The notes beneath the pieces are model-generated. The model saw only the letters and a program-made list of their open reading frames with translations, did not search any database and was not told where the DNA came from. Made by a program: the position numbers and the translations under genes. From assembly GCF_963921235.1 (NCBI RefSeq), contig NC_086097.1:168270001-168334000 (forward strand): DNA of 64,000 bases, given 5' to 3'. Positions 23,809-37,659 of this stretch are shown piece after piece; positions within the stretch are counted from its first letter, which is position 1, and every line of letters starts with the position of its first letter. Source of the stretch: Mobula hypostoma. Its lineage: Eukaryota.

Positions 23809-24048
23809 TCACATAGTTTGGCACTCTTCCAATGACACATTCTGCAATTTCTGCTGTTTCTTTTTCCCATTTTCAACTTCCTTGTTCCAATCCTTGAGGC
23901 CCTCAGGTAGAGTAGTGTCTTCATCAAGGCTACCTGTCCCTTCTACAAACTCCTCATATGTTGATTTTTCAGCAAAGGGTCTAGGCCCCAAGAGCTCAAC
24001 CATGTCTGCCTTGTCAAGTACCTCCTTTTCCAACAGTCGCTGGGCAAT
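23809..24048 (-). CDS. AFG3L2: AFG3-like terminal coding exon (exon 17 equivalent), TGA stop at 23809-23811
   Basis: [57 protein letters not shown]...CQTM*. Acceptor tttcag. Confidence 0.93.
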   Translation of the reverse strand: MAQRLLEKEVLDKADMVELLGPRPFAEKSTYEEFVEGTGSLDEDTTLPEGLKDWNKEVENGKKKQQKLQNVSLEECQTM

Positions 24049-25437
24049 CTGAAATGTAGCACAAATGACAGCTTGACACAAGAATTCCTCAGTAGAAAAT
24101 GCTGTCATATTTCTCAAAAATACTAATGGTGAATTGATAGATTTCTAGTGCTAGAATGGGACAGAAATTGAGAATATGCTCCCCAATATGGAGGAAATTT
24201 AAAGCAGAGCTAGCAAAATACAAGATAATCACTAACAAACGCTATGGGAAGATTGATTATGCAGAAAATGATTAGTAGCTGGAACTCATTACACTCAATA
24301 GTAGTTGAGTCAAATACCATAAATATATGTAAAGGAAAGCTAGGTAAAGACATGCTGACAGTGATGGATGAAGTAGACTAAAACCACATCCATCACCCAA
24401 AACGTTCTTTCTCTACTCGATTTTTGTACAATTGTTACAGCAGTCCGTACCATTTCCAAAATATGTGATTTATTCCAACAGAAACTCTCAAACCTTTGAT
24501 TTTTACCAAGCTGCTCAAGGCAGAACATTCATGGGACCTGTGTTTCCCTCCAAGTAGTACACTATTCACAATTGGAAACCTATCACTGGGTCTTATTCCG
24601 GGAATTCACTGCACAGTAACATTGTGGGGAGTACCCTCACTAGGACTGCAATAGTTCCAGATGGCTCATCATCAATTTCGCAGGGGCAATTAAGGATGGA
24701 CAATAAATGTAGGCACTGCAAACAACTACTTGATGCCTAATGAAGATGTTCCTCCAAACATAAGCCAATTTTGTGCTATCATTTTGCATCATCTGAGTCA
24801 AGAAATAGAAATGGAGTATATGAAAGGCATTGTAACAAAGCCTGAACCAAATATACACACTTCAGTACAGATAAAGGACCACCAATAAAATGCTGAGTTT
24901 TTCATCTTTGTTAACGTAATATGGATAATGGACTGAAAATGGGACTTAACCAGGCTTCACTGTATCTCTGTGTGCTAATAAGTATTGAGATCCAACTACC
25001 TTAATTAGGTATTAAATTCTTTATATAATATGAATTCAGCAAAATCAAATGGTTTTGGCTGTAGGCAGACTTAAAGATACTACAAATGCAAATGTGATAA
25101 TATTGAAGTACCTCTGCAGGTTTGAGTGTCTAAAGCTTGGGCCATCCTTATTAGTTTCAAAAGTAAAAAACAAATCCACTAGTCCATGTGCCCTCCAATC
25201 TAAGTGCTGAAGTTTTTGTGTTAGTGGATTCAACTTTAAATGCATTTTATAGAGATCCACTAAGGAAACTCAAATGGTCATGTTCCTGGCCCAATGGGAA
25301 ATTGTAGAACAACCCTTCTGATGTCCCTTTCCATTTCAGAGATCTATGCATTTGTAAAGGATCAAGATAGCAGCGCATGCAAAGGTATCTTCATAACTGT
25401 AAATAATGATATTTTTTGGAGATTGAAATTTTCTAAC

Positions 25438-25632
25438 CTTCTCAACTTCTTCTTTCTTTTCTGTCAGAAGTTTCAGAGTCTTCTCGTATGCAGAATTGAT
25501 GAGTGATCGCACTTCTTCATCTATTAGTTGGGCAGTCTCCTCACTGTATGGTTTTTCTAAAGTCATCTCACCTTGTCGTGGGAAGTCAAAGGACACTTGC
25601 CCCACCTTTTCATTCATACCAAACTGAACAAT
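25438..25632 (-). CDS. AFG3L2: AFG3-like exon 16 equivalent (195 bp)
   Basis: [65 protein letters not shown]. Acceptor cactag, donor GTTAG. Confidence 0.94.
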
Positions 25633-27018
25633 CTAGTGGAGTGGGAAAAGACCATATAAAATTAACAAGTATATGGTACATATTAGTGTATGTCACTGAA
25701 GCTAAAGTTCAAACTATCTACTCAAGGTGTATTTTTCAACCATTCCCCACCCAGTAAGGGTTTTATTCACCAATTTCCACTTCCCCAGCACCATTGTTTA
25801 TTTCTAGAAGATTCCAAGAGGCTTTAGATAGGCATGTTAAAATGCAAAGAATGGAGGGATATGGATCACATGCAGGCAGAAGGGATTAATTTAGTTTGGC
25901 ATCATGCTCAGCAGACATTATGAACCAAAGCGCCTCTTTCCATGCAGCATTCTTCTGTATTTTGCATTTGATTTTCTAGCCTCAGCTAGAATGTGACTGT
26001 TCCAGGTTAATAATGACTTAACCAATTCCGTAAATAATAATAAAGGAATTCTACATCAACCATCCCCATGCAATGAATGGTTTTGTTTTAATAGATATCC
26101 AAATGTTGATTTTGACCACAAGTTGGAAAATGGATAAAAATTATTCAATATTGTATCTCCACCTCCAGTACTGCAATAAACAGCATCAACAGTATACAAG
26201 ACTAATGAGGAAGAACAATGATTAAAAATAGAGAGGGGAAACTAGCTTTGCTATACATAGGAATGAATGTATGTTAGACTTTGACTTTAATATTATGGGA
26301 ACTTTATATAGTAGGGTGTCCAAAAGAAAGAAATTTATAACCCAAGAATGGACTATACCTTGTAAAGAATACCCAGTGTTTCACACAAGCTTTTCGTTAT
26401 GTTATATGGAAAATATGCACACATTTCAAGGTAACAATTAGAATGCATAATAAAGCAAAATGGCAAACAAAATAATTTTGTTGAGTGCAATGACTGTCAG
26501 TACAAGGTTAAAAGGATGGAATATTGAGTTGTGGGAAACATTTAGTATTATGCAACAGAGCAAGTGGAAGTGAAAGCTGAATACAAGGTTGCCTGGTACA
26601 GAGCTTATCAAAGTTGGATATTTGCATTAGGTTCTGTGTAAGTTCAAAACTCTGATTATTCCAGGTATTTATGGAAATCTCATGTTGACTTTCATTGAAC
26701 GCCAGAGAGAAAGGACTTCATCCTCTCTTCGGTTGGGTCACTAATCTGAATCAAATTCATAAGATCACTGGCATGAAAATTTCTTTAATCTTTGCTTTAT
26801 CCATCAATCATATCATTGGCCAAACACTGAATTCAAAGATGACAGGAGCCAGTTTGCAGCAGATAAGGATTGAGTCATATAATTGTTGCTGTACAGAGCA
26901 GGCCATATTCAACCTAATTAATCTACTCAGATACATTAATGGCATTTTATATATACTTGGTTTCCAATTTACTTAGCAACAGCATTATTGAGTAAACAAG
27001 GGCAGAATAAAATTTTCA

Positions 27019-27276
<258 letters not shown>

Positions 27277-27849
27277 TCATTTTGTATATTTACTGCATTG
27301 CATTTCTACAAAACTAGAATGTCTGGACTTAAACAGCCTGGCTCATACTGGCTCATAAGTGCTATAAGGTCACTGTCAGCACCTAAAAGGCACCACACAA
27401 ATGCTCAAGAGGTTGTACTATGCACAAATTATGAACAAGGTCAGAAATTTCTCTGCACCCAAGTGCCACCTCTGGAAACAATCTGAGAAGTCATCTTGGT
27501 ATGTTCCTGAATGGCCATACAGAATTAGGAATTTTGCACAAGCAGTCAAAACTCCTGCAATGGACAAAGTTCTAGATGACCTCCCTATGAATTATATTTC
27601 TTAGTATGCCAAATTACTGATTGTCTTACTTGGGTTCAATGTATGTGTTTTATATTCCCTAGCATATTATCCATACCAAAGTACAAAGCTCTTGTTTATA
27701 GGAATGCTTTACAGAGGAAATACATTAAATAAAAGTCCCAAGTAAAATGAAGTGTCAAAGACCACACCTTTGGAAATTGTTATAAACAGGCACCCCGAGA
27801 TTTGATAAAACATTATAAAGCAGGCTTTTATTGAAACTCTGCATTAACC

Positions 27850-28030
27850 TGGCTCAGAAGTAGCATTCAGAGCTTCTGGATTTACGTCCCATACTGGATA
27901 CTTAAGAATATAGTCTGGTACTGCTACTTCAGCACAACACAATCAACACCACACCACCTGAAGAGTCATCTTTCCAATGAGACCTCACACAAAGGCACCA
28001 TCTTTGCTGTTGGGCAAGTTTAAAGGATTT
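27850..28030 (+). mobile_element. Possible ancient Deu-domain SINE remnant
   Basis: Weak resemblance, from memory, to the DeuSINE head and core (gtcccatactgga..tctttccaatgagac..aaaggcaccatct). Confidence 0.35.
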
Positions 28031-28039
28031 AAAGACCTT

Positions 28040-28325
28040 TAAGGTTAGCTTTATTTGTCACATGTACATCAAAACACAATGCAAAATGCTTCATTTAAGT
28101 TAATGATCAATGAAGTCTGAGGATGTACTGGAGGCAGCCCACAAGTGTTGCCATGCTTCTGGCTCCAACATAGCATGCCCACAATTTACTAAAGCTAACC
28201 TATACGTCTTTGGAATGTGGAGGGAAACTGGAGCCCTTGGAGGGAACTCAAGGGGAGACCATACAAACTCCTTTTCAACAGCGGTGGGAATCGAACTCTG
28301 ACTGCTGTGCTATAAAGCATTATAC
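28040..28325 (-). mobile_element. V-SINE-type element with Rex1-like tail
   Basis: cgtctttggaatgtggagggaaactggagc core on the plus strand and a gttcgattccc B-box on the minus strand. Related copies at ~13780-13955, 31570-31760 and 35590-35855. Confidence 0.65.
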
Positions 28326-28469
28326 TGGACTCCATGCTACTTTCTCCTTGACAAAATAATCATAATTACTTTTGGAACAAAAATTTTTAAATTACCTCAA
28401 TATCAGGGCCATTTACCTCTCAACGAAAGACATTCAAACATATATTAATATGCATAAAAATTAAAAATA

Positions 28470-28655
28470 AATGCGAGAAACACTCAGCAGGTCAGGCAAC
28501 ATCTGTGGAAAGAGAACTACCTAACATTTCAGCTCTTGGACCTTTCATCAGTTCGGATTGTTTCTTTTTCAACTGACCTACTGACACCAGATCTACTGAA
28601 TGTATCCAGCACTTTCTGTTTTTATTTCAGATTTCCAGTACCTGCAGTATTTTAT
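28470..28655. mobile_element. Penelope-derived inverted-terminus relic
   Basis: cactcagcaggtcaggcaacatctgtgg arm, minus-strand ctgatgaaaggt..gaaatgtt, and an inverted arm ending atttccagtacctgcag. Confidence 0.6.
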
Positions 28656-29114
28656 CTAATAGATGTGCAAATTAGCCAGTGTGCTTCATTGTATTATAAC
28701 TCCAAAATACCCAAAGAACTTTGTGCCTTTGGCTCATAAGAAGTGAAAAATAAACTGAAGTTTATTCATGCCTTTCCTCTATTTGTTCATGGTTCAAGTT
28801 TCCCAATGTCTCTCAAGGAGTACAGTAAAAATCAAACATGGAACTGTTTTATTAGAACTCCCTACAAAAGCACGAGGGCCATTAGCAGAGGGAATAAGAC
28901 ATTACCTCTTTCAGATATTGAATTCTAACTTAGTCATAATAATAATCATGCTGTTTTCCCCAGAATATGCAAAAATATATTAACAAATTAATGTAACACT
29001 TCTCAATAGAAAAAAAATTCCCAAATATTCAATTGTTGCCTTGAATAAGAAGACTGAACCAACACTCAGACGTCAAACACTGCAGGCTTGGTTTGGTTGG
29101 AATTTCCTTGGGGT

Positions 29115-29816
29115 TGTTATGATTTTGTAATGTACCAGCAGCAACAGATGACAAATTGAGTTGGGTTTTAATATTAAAACCACTATATTTATTTACAACT
29201 ACTCAAGAATATAGAAAATTAAATAAACTACTTTCTTAAACAGAAGTTAACAGTGTTATGTGTCTATAGCTCCCTTACAGTCAAACTTAGAACCCGTTCT
29301 TAACAAATCCTACTCAAGCACAGTCTTAAAGTGGCAGTTCAGAGAGTCCCAGTAATTCACAAAATAGCTGAGAGGAAAGACTTGTGGATTCACAGTGCAG
29401 CGACGAGGTGATCATGACAAATTCCAAAAATTCCACAGCTAGCAAATGAAGAAACGGTTACCGAAGATCCCAGCTGAGGAATACTGTTCCAAAGTCCACG
29501 AAGAGGAATTTCACAAAGTGACTGTCATGAAATCCACACCCATGGATCATACGAAGGGCAGACATGTCTCCACAATGCACAGTGGGCCGCTGATTAACCC
29601 AATCCTTTGGGAGAGGTAAGCATTAGACTTTACCCTTCTCGATCGTGAGCTGTTCCTGGATAGCTCGAAGTGCAGTCTTCACTCTCTCTCTCTCCTTCGA
29701 CTCTTTCTCAGCACGGTGCCCACATTTCTTTTATACTGTCGTCATACGTCATAAGCTAACACTCACAGAAATGAAACTGTGGACTTCCAGGAAAGCGAAA
29801 CTGTGGACATGTAACA
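29115..29816 (-). mobile_element. Solo LTR (702 bp, probably Gypsy-type) in AFG3L2 intron 14
   Basis: Termini TGTTA...TAACA. Perfect 4-bp TSD GGGT at 29111-29114 and 29817-29820. Minus-strand TATAAAA at ~29730 and AATAAA at 29188-29193. Confidence 0.8.
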
Positions 29817-30108
29817 GGGTCAATTGGCTGAAGAGTGGTCAACCTAGCCCCGGTAACTGCCTGTGTTATTCCTACGCGGTACCAATTATTTTTGCCCCCT
29901 AGGTCTAAATGTCTCCCAGACTTCACGCCGCAATCATATGTGGAGAATGATGTACTGTATGGCAGTGGTTACAAAACTGGCAAGTGAGCAATGCAGTCTG
30001 ATTCACACCAGCCTCCTATATTACAGCTTATTATAGCTATCTCTGTAGCTTCAGAAACATGGCTCAGCACTGGATAATCTCCACAATTTACCTTAATACA
30101 CTGGCTTA

Positions 30109-30282
<174 letters not shown>

Positions 30283-30367
30283 CTAGGAGTTGACACTCTG
30301 CCAAAAAAACAATAGACTAAACATGCAAATATCCTGCTGTTAATGTTCCCTACTTAACTTTAAAATT

Positions 30368-30740
30368 GCCTCCTTCTCGCTGCTACCATTGCGCAGGAGA
30401 TACAGAGCCTTAGGTCCCACACCACCAGGTTCAAGAACAGTTATTACCTTTCAAACATCAAGCTCTTGAACTAATGTGGATAAGTTCAATTATCATCACT
30501 CTTAACTGATTCTATGACCTAGATTTGCTTTCAAGGACTCTTTACAACTCATGTTCTCAGTATTATTTTTATTTGCAAAGTTTGTCTTCTTTTGCACATT
30601 GTTTATTTGTCAGTCTTTGCCTGTTCATATAGTTTTTTCATAAAATTCTATTGTATTTTTTTTACTGTAAATGCCTACAAGAAATTGAATATCAAGATAG
30701 TATATAGCAACATTCATGATTTTTGATAACAATTTACTTT
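30368..30740 (+). mobile_element. Rex1/Babar 3' end
   Basis: ttctcgctgctaccat..gcaggagatacagagcct..accaccaggttcaagaacag followed by a T-rich tail. Confidence 0.7.
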
Positions 30741-30744
30741 GAGA

Positions 30745-31160
30745 ACCAAAGGTTCGGTTCACAGAGATGGAGACAGAAACACCACTATCCTTTGAATATA
30801 CCCAAATATTCTTCAGCTAGAGTTGAAGTTATTCTGAGTCCGCCTGAAAATTTCACGCCTCTGACCAGCCCCTCCAATACAGCCTCTCTGAGCACCATCC
30901 TCTGCTGAGCGCTTCGGCCTTGCCCCGGCCGCCGAGCAACAAGCAAAGCCAAGGACTCGGGGCCTTCTCCTCCAGAGATTCCGGACCACACAGCAGCAGC
31001 GAAGCAGGCATTTCAGAAGTTTTTCCAGATGTTCCTCCATGCTCTCACATCCACCTCCATCAAATCAGGATTGTGTACCGCACCCTACTTGACAAATAAC
31101 AGACATCACCACTGGAGTGGCCGCCGCGAGCTGCGTCGTGCTGCCATCTTCTCCTCCCGA
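30745..31160 (-). mobile_element. GC-rich 5' end of an unclassified non-autonomous retroelement
   Basis: Starts on the minus strand with ggagaagatggcagc (YY1-like, typical of LINE 5' ends). CpG-rich block inside an AT-rich intron. Confidence 0.5.
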
Positions 31161-32359
31161 GAAGGCTTGAACAAAAGCAGCAGCGTTAGGATTTACCGTT
31201 CTGGTCCAGGAAGCATGCTTTACAATTACCAAGGTCACTTATGATTTTCTATCTTCATGTTCCTCAATTTCCTTCATTTTTTAGAAATCAGATTTAACTT
31301 TCTAGTGATGAGGGTTGTGTGTGTCAGTGCACCAGGGAGGTGATAAAGTGAGTTGGCTATTGGGTAAAGGGTCCTCTGTTAAGAGTTATTGGTTGGACTG
31401 TCAGCCTCTGATGAATTCTGTTTTATTACTTCTCCAGATTATGTGCATTTTTCCATCATTCCTTATGATATTGAGTCTATGCTAACTCACAGACCCATTA
31501 TAATTCTTCATTAATTCCCTCTCCCCATAATCTATTTTCACTACAGTTCCATTAACTCCCCTAGATTCTATTACTCACATTGACACTAGGGGTAAGTTAC
31601 AGAAGACAATTAACTAAACCACCCACACATCTTTGGGCTGGGGAAGGAAACTGGAGCACCTGGCAGGAAACCCATGCAGCCAAAGGGGAAAAAGGTGGAA
31701 AGTCCACAGAGGGTTCCAGAGGCCAGCATCAAACCCAGGTTACCAGATCCACAAGACAGCAGCTGTTAGATTTATCATTGTGCTGGACATTTAGGCCTGC
31801 TTTGCTTAATCAGATTTGAGCTTCCATTTCTGCTTGCCGAAAACCAACAACTTTCAAAAGCATTAATTATCGCATATTCCTTGGAATTTATTATTATGTT
31901 GATTATTTTCCTGTCCACTCTATTCTTTTGTGTAAATTCATGGCTGCAAATGTTTTAAATCCTGTTTACCAAAGGGATCTTCCTGTTCTGATAATTTCTC
32001 ATACATGCTTGTTATGTGACTTCATGCGAATGTCTTGCAGTACTTGCAGTTTTAACTTTCATGTAATTCCAGCATCTGCAAGCTTTTATTATCTAAGGAA
32101 GGTTCAGTATTCCAATCCAATAATATCACATTAATAAAAAAATAACTTCTTAAAGTGGATTGCAACAGTTCAATGTGCATCACTCCCACAACCACTAGAC
32201 CCACATCCCCCATACAAATTCTAATGAAACACTTACAATGATATTACAATAAATTTTTGGTTAATGTTCCTGAAATATGGTTTGTACCTGTATGCTTTAT
32301 AGTTAGAAAATACGAAAACCATTTTTATTTTCATCTTTCCACACAAAGCTTTTTCTGCT

Positions 32360-33790
32360 ACTTAGAATCAGGTTTAATATCACTGGCACATGTCGTGAAA
32401 TGTGTTGCTTTGCAGCAACAATACATTGCAATAAATAATAACTCAATTACAATAAGTACAAATTTAATTTTTAATATAAGTAGCATAAAAAGAGAAGAAA
32501 AAAAAAGACAGAGTTTGTTCATGGGTTCATTGGCCTTTCAGAAATCTAATGGTGAGGGGTGGGGTGGGATGGGGGGCAGGGGGACGAAGCTGTTCCTGAA
32601 ACATATGAGTGTGTTTTCATGCTCCTGTATTTCCTCACTGACGGTGGCAATGAGAAGAAGGCATATCCTGGGTCATGAGGGTCTTAATAATGGATGCCAC
32701 CTTTTGACGCATTACCTTTTGAATGTTCTCGATGTTAGGGAGTCTAGTGCCCATGATGGAGGTGGACGAGTTTATAACTTCCTGCAGCATTTTCCATTCC
32801 TGTACAGTGGCCTCTCCATACCAGATCCTGATGCAATCAGTTAGATTGCTCTCCGCAGTACATCTTAGAAATTTATTAGTGTCTTTGAAGGCATACCAAT
32901 TCTTCACAAATTCCTAATTAAGTATAGCCTTTGTTGTGTTTTTCTTTGTAATTGCATCAATATATTAAGCCCAGGATAACTCTCAGAAATGTTGACGCTC
33001 AGGAACTTGAAACTGCTCATGCTTTCCACTTCTGATCCCTCGATGAGAACTGGTATGCGTTCCCTCAACTTCCTGAAGTCCACAATCAATTCTTTGGTCT
33101 TACTGACATTGAGTGCAAGATCGTTGCAGCAATACCCACCCAACCAGCAGATCTATCTCGCTTTTGTACACCTCTTCGGCACCATCTGAAGTTCTGTTGA
33201 CAATAGTTGTGTTGTCGGCAATTTTAAAGACAGCATTTGAGGTGTTCCTAGCCCCACATTTGTGGTGTAGAGCAGAGCAGTGAACTAAGCACACATCCTT
33301 GAGGTGCACCACTGTTGACCACCAGCAAAGAGGAGATGTTAATTCCAATCCACACAGACTGTGGTCTCCCAGTGAGAAAGTCATGGATCCAGTTGCTATG
33401 GGAGGTACAGAGGCCCAGATTTTGGAGCATGTTGATTAGAACTGAGTATGATTGTGTTGAACACTGAGCTGTAGTCAATAAACAGCAACCTGATGTAGAT
33501 AATACTATTGTGCAGGTGATGGAAGGCCATGTGAAGAGCCAAGTGAGATTGCATCCGGTGTAGACCTATTGTGACATAGGTAAATTGCAGTGGGTCCAGG
33601 TATTTGCTTAGGCAGGAGTTGATTCAAGCTATGACTAATCTCTCAAAGCACTTCATCACAGTAGATGAGAGGGCTACTGGGTGATAGCCTTTGAGGCAGC
33701 TCATCTGTTCTTCTTGGACACTGGTATGATTATCAACCTTTAGGAGCAGGTGGGAACTTCCAACTGCAGCAGTGTGAGATTGAATGCATA
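32360..33790 (-). mobile_element. Rex1/Babar LINE RT + 3' region
   Basis: [62 protein letters not shown]. Confidence 0.85.
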
Positions 33791-34282
33791 AATAACTTGC
33801 ATGCCTGTGGAAGTACCACTCTACAGCTACCTACCAGCAAGTGCCAGAATGTACAGGGACTAAACTTCTAGGGCTTAAACAAGAGTTAGCAATAGGGATG
33901 TGGGGAATCCTATCAAAAAGTTACAATGGATAGAATAAGAATGTATTGATTTTACACACTATCACTTCCAATTGTTCATCAAAAATATTACTTGCTTAGG
34001 ATTGGCTATATTACCACCTTCTTCTTATTCCACAATGCCTGCCACAAAAGTCAAATGAGCACTGGCCAGCAGCCTTACTGCTTGAAATGGGATTAATTAA
34101 AATATCTCAGCAAAATGCATTGCATTTCCTTAATGTAATTAACCAGTGTGAATGAAATTTCACTGCTAATGTACATCCTTCCAACTAATTGTACAATTCA
34201 GTGAAATGTTTTAATTCCAGTCACTGAAACCTCAACTCTTGCTAGCATATCACTTCTTTTTTTAAACATTTATATACCTTAC

Positions 34283-34393
34283 CTCCTATTACCCGCTCAA
34301 TGGCCTGTTCAAAATGCTTCTGTACAATGGCCTCAGATAGATGTCTGGCAGCAATTAAAGCGGCTTCATTGCATACATTAGCAATATCTGCTC
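34283..34393 (-). CDS. AFG3L2: AFG3-like exon 13 equivalent (111 bp)
   Basis: (G)[36 protein letters not shown]. Acceptor ttcttag, donor GTAAG. Confidence 0.95.
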
Positions 34394-34744
34394 CTAAGAA
34401 AATGAGAAAAAAAATGAGATGATTCACTTCAAACTTGACATTCCCAGAGCATGAGTCATCACTGGAAGAAAACAATGTTTCATTGCTATGTAAGTCAAAA
34501 ATTCAAAGCATAAATGTTGCCAGTTACAGATACAGAAAAATCATTCTCTCTCTGAAGGAGGGAAAGGGAGAGAGACAAGAACAAAGGAGCACACAGCTAA
34601 AATATTCAAAATAAAAAGTAACTTTATTGTATCACAGAGAGTACAAGGATGTAACAACTATCATTTTGAGCTGCACTATTCCAATCAGTCTGGGCACAAG
34701 TTAGGAAAGATGCAAGAAAATGTTGAGGTTTAGCAAAAATGAAT

Positions 34745-35580
34745 CTAGAAATAAGGGACTATTTATGTGGACAGACTGGAGAAGCTGGTGTTTTGCCCGT
34801 TGGAACAGAAGGAGTTGAAGGTGGAAGATAAGAAGATTAGCTTTATGTTTTTGAGATTGAGACTCAAGATTGTTTAATGTTAATTCCAGTACACAATTAT
34901 AGAGGAGAACAAAATAATTGCTACCCCAGATCAGATGCAGCCTATAAAAACACACTAAGGTCAGGAAAACACAATATTAAAAAATATATAAATACATAAG
35001 ACAGCTTATATACATAGATTATACATACATAAAGTGACGATTGGTACAGGAGTGTCTGAACATAAGGTGACTGACAGGAAATAATGTGGTGGTGGTGGGG
35101 GATGGGATGGAGGCATCGATCAGCCTTACTGCTTGGGGAAAGTAACTGTTTTTGAGGCTGGTGGTTCTGACATGGATAGTACATAGCATCCTCCCTGAAG
35201 GGATTGGGACAAATAGTCCATGAGAAAGGTGGATGGGCGGGATCCTTCATGAGATTGGCGGCCTTTTTTCTGGCCCCTTTCTGTATGTATGTCCTTGATG
35301 GCAGTCAGTGATACACTGGTCAGTTTTGAACACCCATTGTAAAGCATTCCTGTCTGCTGCAGTGCAGCTTCTGTATCGTGCAGTGATGCAGCATGTTAGG
35401 ATGTTCTCTATTGCACATCAGTATTATATGCATTGTTCAGCTCTTTTCAGCCTCCTCAGAAAGTAGATATTCAGTGAATTTTCCTTATTGTTACAGGATG
35501 TGTTCTGGGCCCACGAGAGGTAGCGCAAGATGTGCACCCCCAGGAGTCAAAAATGATCTCCTCTGTCTTGCTGACATTGA
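34745..35580 (-). mobile_element. Rex1/Babar 3' fragment (short CR1 piece at left end)
   Basis: MKDPAHP motif and ctgcttggggaaagtaactgtttttgag tail motif. Confidence 0.7.
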
Positions 35581-36904
35581 GTAAGTGGTACACTGAAATA
35601 TAGTGAAATGTGTCATTTGTGCCAAATCAGTGAGAATTATGCTGGGCAGTCCGCAAGTGTCACTATGCTTCTAGCACCAACACAGCATTCCCACAACTCA
35701 CTAAACCTAACCATACATCTTTGGAATATGAGAGGAAATTGGAGCACTCAGAGGAAACCCACAGCCACAGGGAGAACATACAAACTCCTTACAGGCAGTA
35801 ATCGATGATTGCCAGCACTGTAATAGCGTTGCCTTCTGCTATGTTACTGTGCCGAACCGAAAGGGTCTAACACCACAAAGGGCAGTCTCGAAGAGGAAAT
35901 TCCATAAGTAGAGCAGTCAAGAAACAAGAAATAAGGGGCACAAAGTGCAATTTGCAAAAGAATCTTAAAAAAAGTAGTACAGTAACTTGGGGTCTGGATG
36001 TTGGTGAAGATAAATTTAATTGTAGTGCTCTAAAGGAAGTTGGATAAGTTCCCAAGAGAAAAGAATTCAAGGGATAGGTTGGGAGTATGGGGTTCTGAAG
36101 AAGGCAAGCAGTGGAACCATTTGGATTGATTTTACCTAAAGCTGGAAAGGACTTAACTGAACAATCTTACTCCACATTGTAATCATTTGGTAATAATTTA
36201 CTTACATGGGCCATCAAAATCTGAACTTCACTTCTCCAAAAAGTTACCACAGAATAGAATGGGTTATGGGTTAGAAAGAGACCAGTTATCAAATTTATGT
36301 TCCCATTTCCTCTTTCAGCCCCCTCTTTGCTCTAGATTACCCAGCCTGCCTTTGAATTAATAACCACAATATGAATAGTTGAACTGGTTAAGCTTATATC
36401 AATGGTGATAAACTGCCAGCACCTTTTACCTGTCCAGGTTCAGGAACCTGTTGGCAAAGTGTTTTGGTATTGACTGTTTTGGTATAGACTGGCAGAAAGT
36501 CTATGCATCCATTATTGGAGAAGGTCAGCAGCTTGAACTTGAGGTTTAAGATGTTAAATGCCTCTCACCAGTACAGTCACTGAGACTCATTACATGTAAC
36601 CGTTTATCACAATCACTGAATCAGTTCACAACCGATAATCTTCTGAAATGGAGAACAGATGATTGAAAAGTAGCTGACAAAAGGTGGTTCTGTGATCATT
36701 ACCTATTCAACTTCCATTTGCTTAGGGCTAGGAAAAGTGGCTTCTAACACCCTTGTGCAAGTATCATGCCAGAAACTAGACAGAAGTTTTCCCTAATCTC
36801 CTCAATCTAGAATCCTTACATCAGTTTTACTAGTTACTACACTTCTGAAGCAATAATTGGCTGCAAACTATTTGCTGGCAGCCTTATAAATGTAAGCTTA
36901 CCAG

Positions 36905-37330
36905 TGACATTACCATCAACTGTGATGGAAGTGCTTTGAGAGGCTGGTCATGGTTAGAATCAACTCCTGCCTCCCCAGCATTGAGGACACCTTCAAAAGG
37001 TGCTGCTTCAAAAAGGCAGCATCCATCATTAATAACCCCCATTGCCCAAGATATGCTCTCTTCGCACTGCTACCATCAAGGCGATGATACAGGAACCTGA
37101 AGACACACACACTCAATGTTTCAAGAACAGCTTCTTCCCCTCTCATCAGATTTCTGAATGGACGATGAACCCATGAACACTAGCTCACCATACTTTGCTG
37201 TTTTTTGCAATACTTTACTTTTTTAAAGCATATACTTAATGTAATTTAGTTATTTTTACTAAGCATTGCAATGTACTGCTACCACAAAACACCAAATTTC
37301 ACATATGCCAGATATTAAACTTGATTCTGA
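36905..37330 (+). mobile_element. Rex1/Babar 3' fragment
   Basis: aaggcagcatccatcatt..ctcttcgcactgctaccatc..aacagcttcttcccc; tail attaaacttgattctga. Confidence 0.75.
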
Positions 37331-37659
37331 TTAGCCATTTGTATTGTTAAAAGCATCAGACTAGTTCTCATCGAGGTTTGAAACAGAAATCCATAGAGTA
37401 ATGTATACAGTAAATCATTCTTGTAGCACCTGACATGACATCCAATCAGTATTTGATACTTTTACTCTTAAATTGATTGCTAATAGACTACCACAAATTA
37501 CCCTGAGCTCCCACTGCTTTAGAGTTATGTTACCTTTCCTGAGAAACTGTCAAATGCTTTGGGAATGTAAGACTCTATGCGGAATGCAGGTGATCAGTTC
37601 TTTCAGATGTCAGACCAAACAACTCTTAAAAAACTAATATCCATTCTATGAACACACAC

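Noticed and set aside
23812..23823. C-terminal CQTM as a CaaX prenylation signal
   Set aside because: The middle residues are non-aliphatic, and the m-AAA C-terminus faces the mitochondrial matrix, away from cytosolic prenyltransferases.
30745..31160. CpG-island promoter of a nested host gene
   Set aside because: Short, with a LINE-type GAAGATGGC start and sharp edges next to a Rex1 tail. Better explained as a retroelement 5' end.
32257..32844. 195-aa plus-strand ORF as a novel gene
   Set aside because: Non-ATG start, lies antisense over a Rex1/Babar 3' end and AT-rich intron, and has no recognisable domain.
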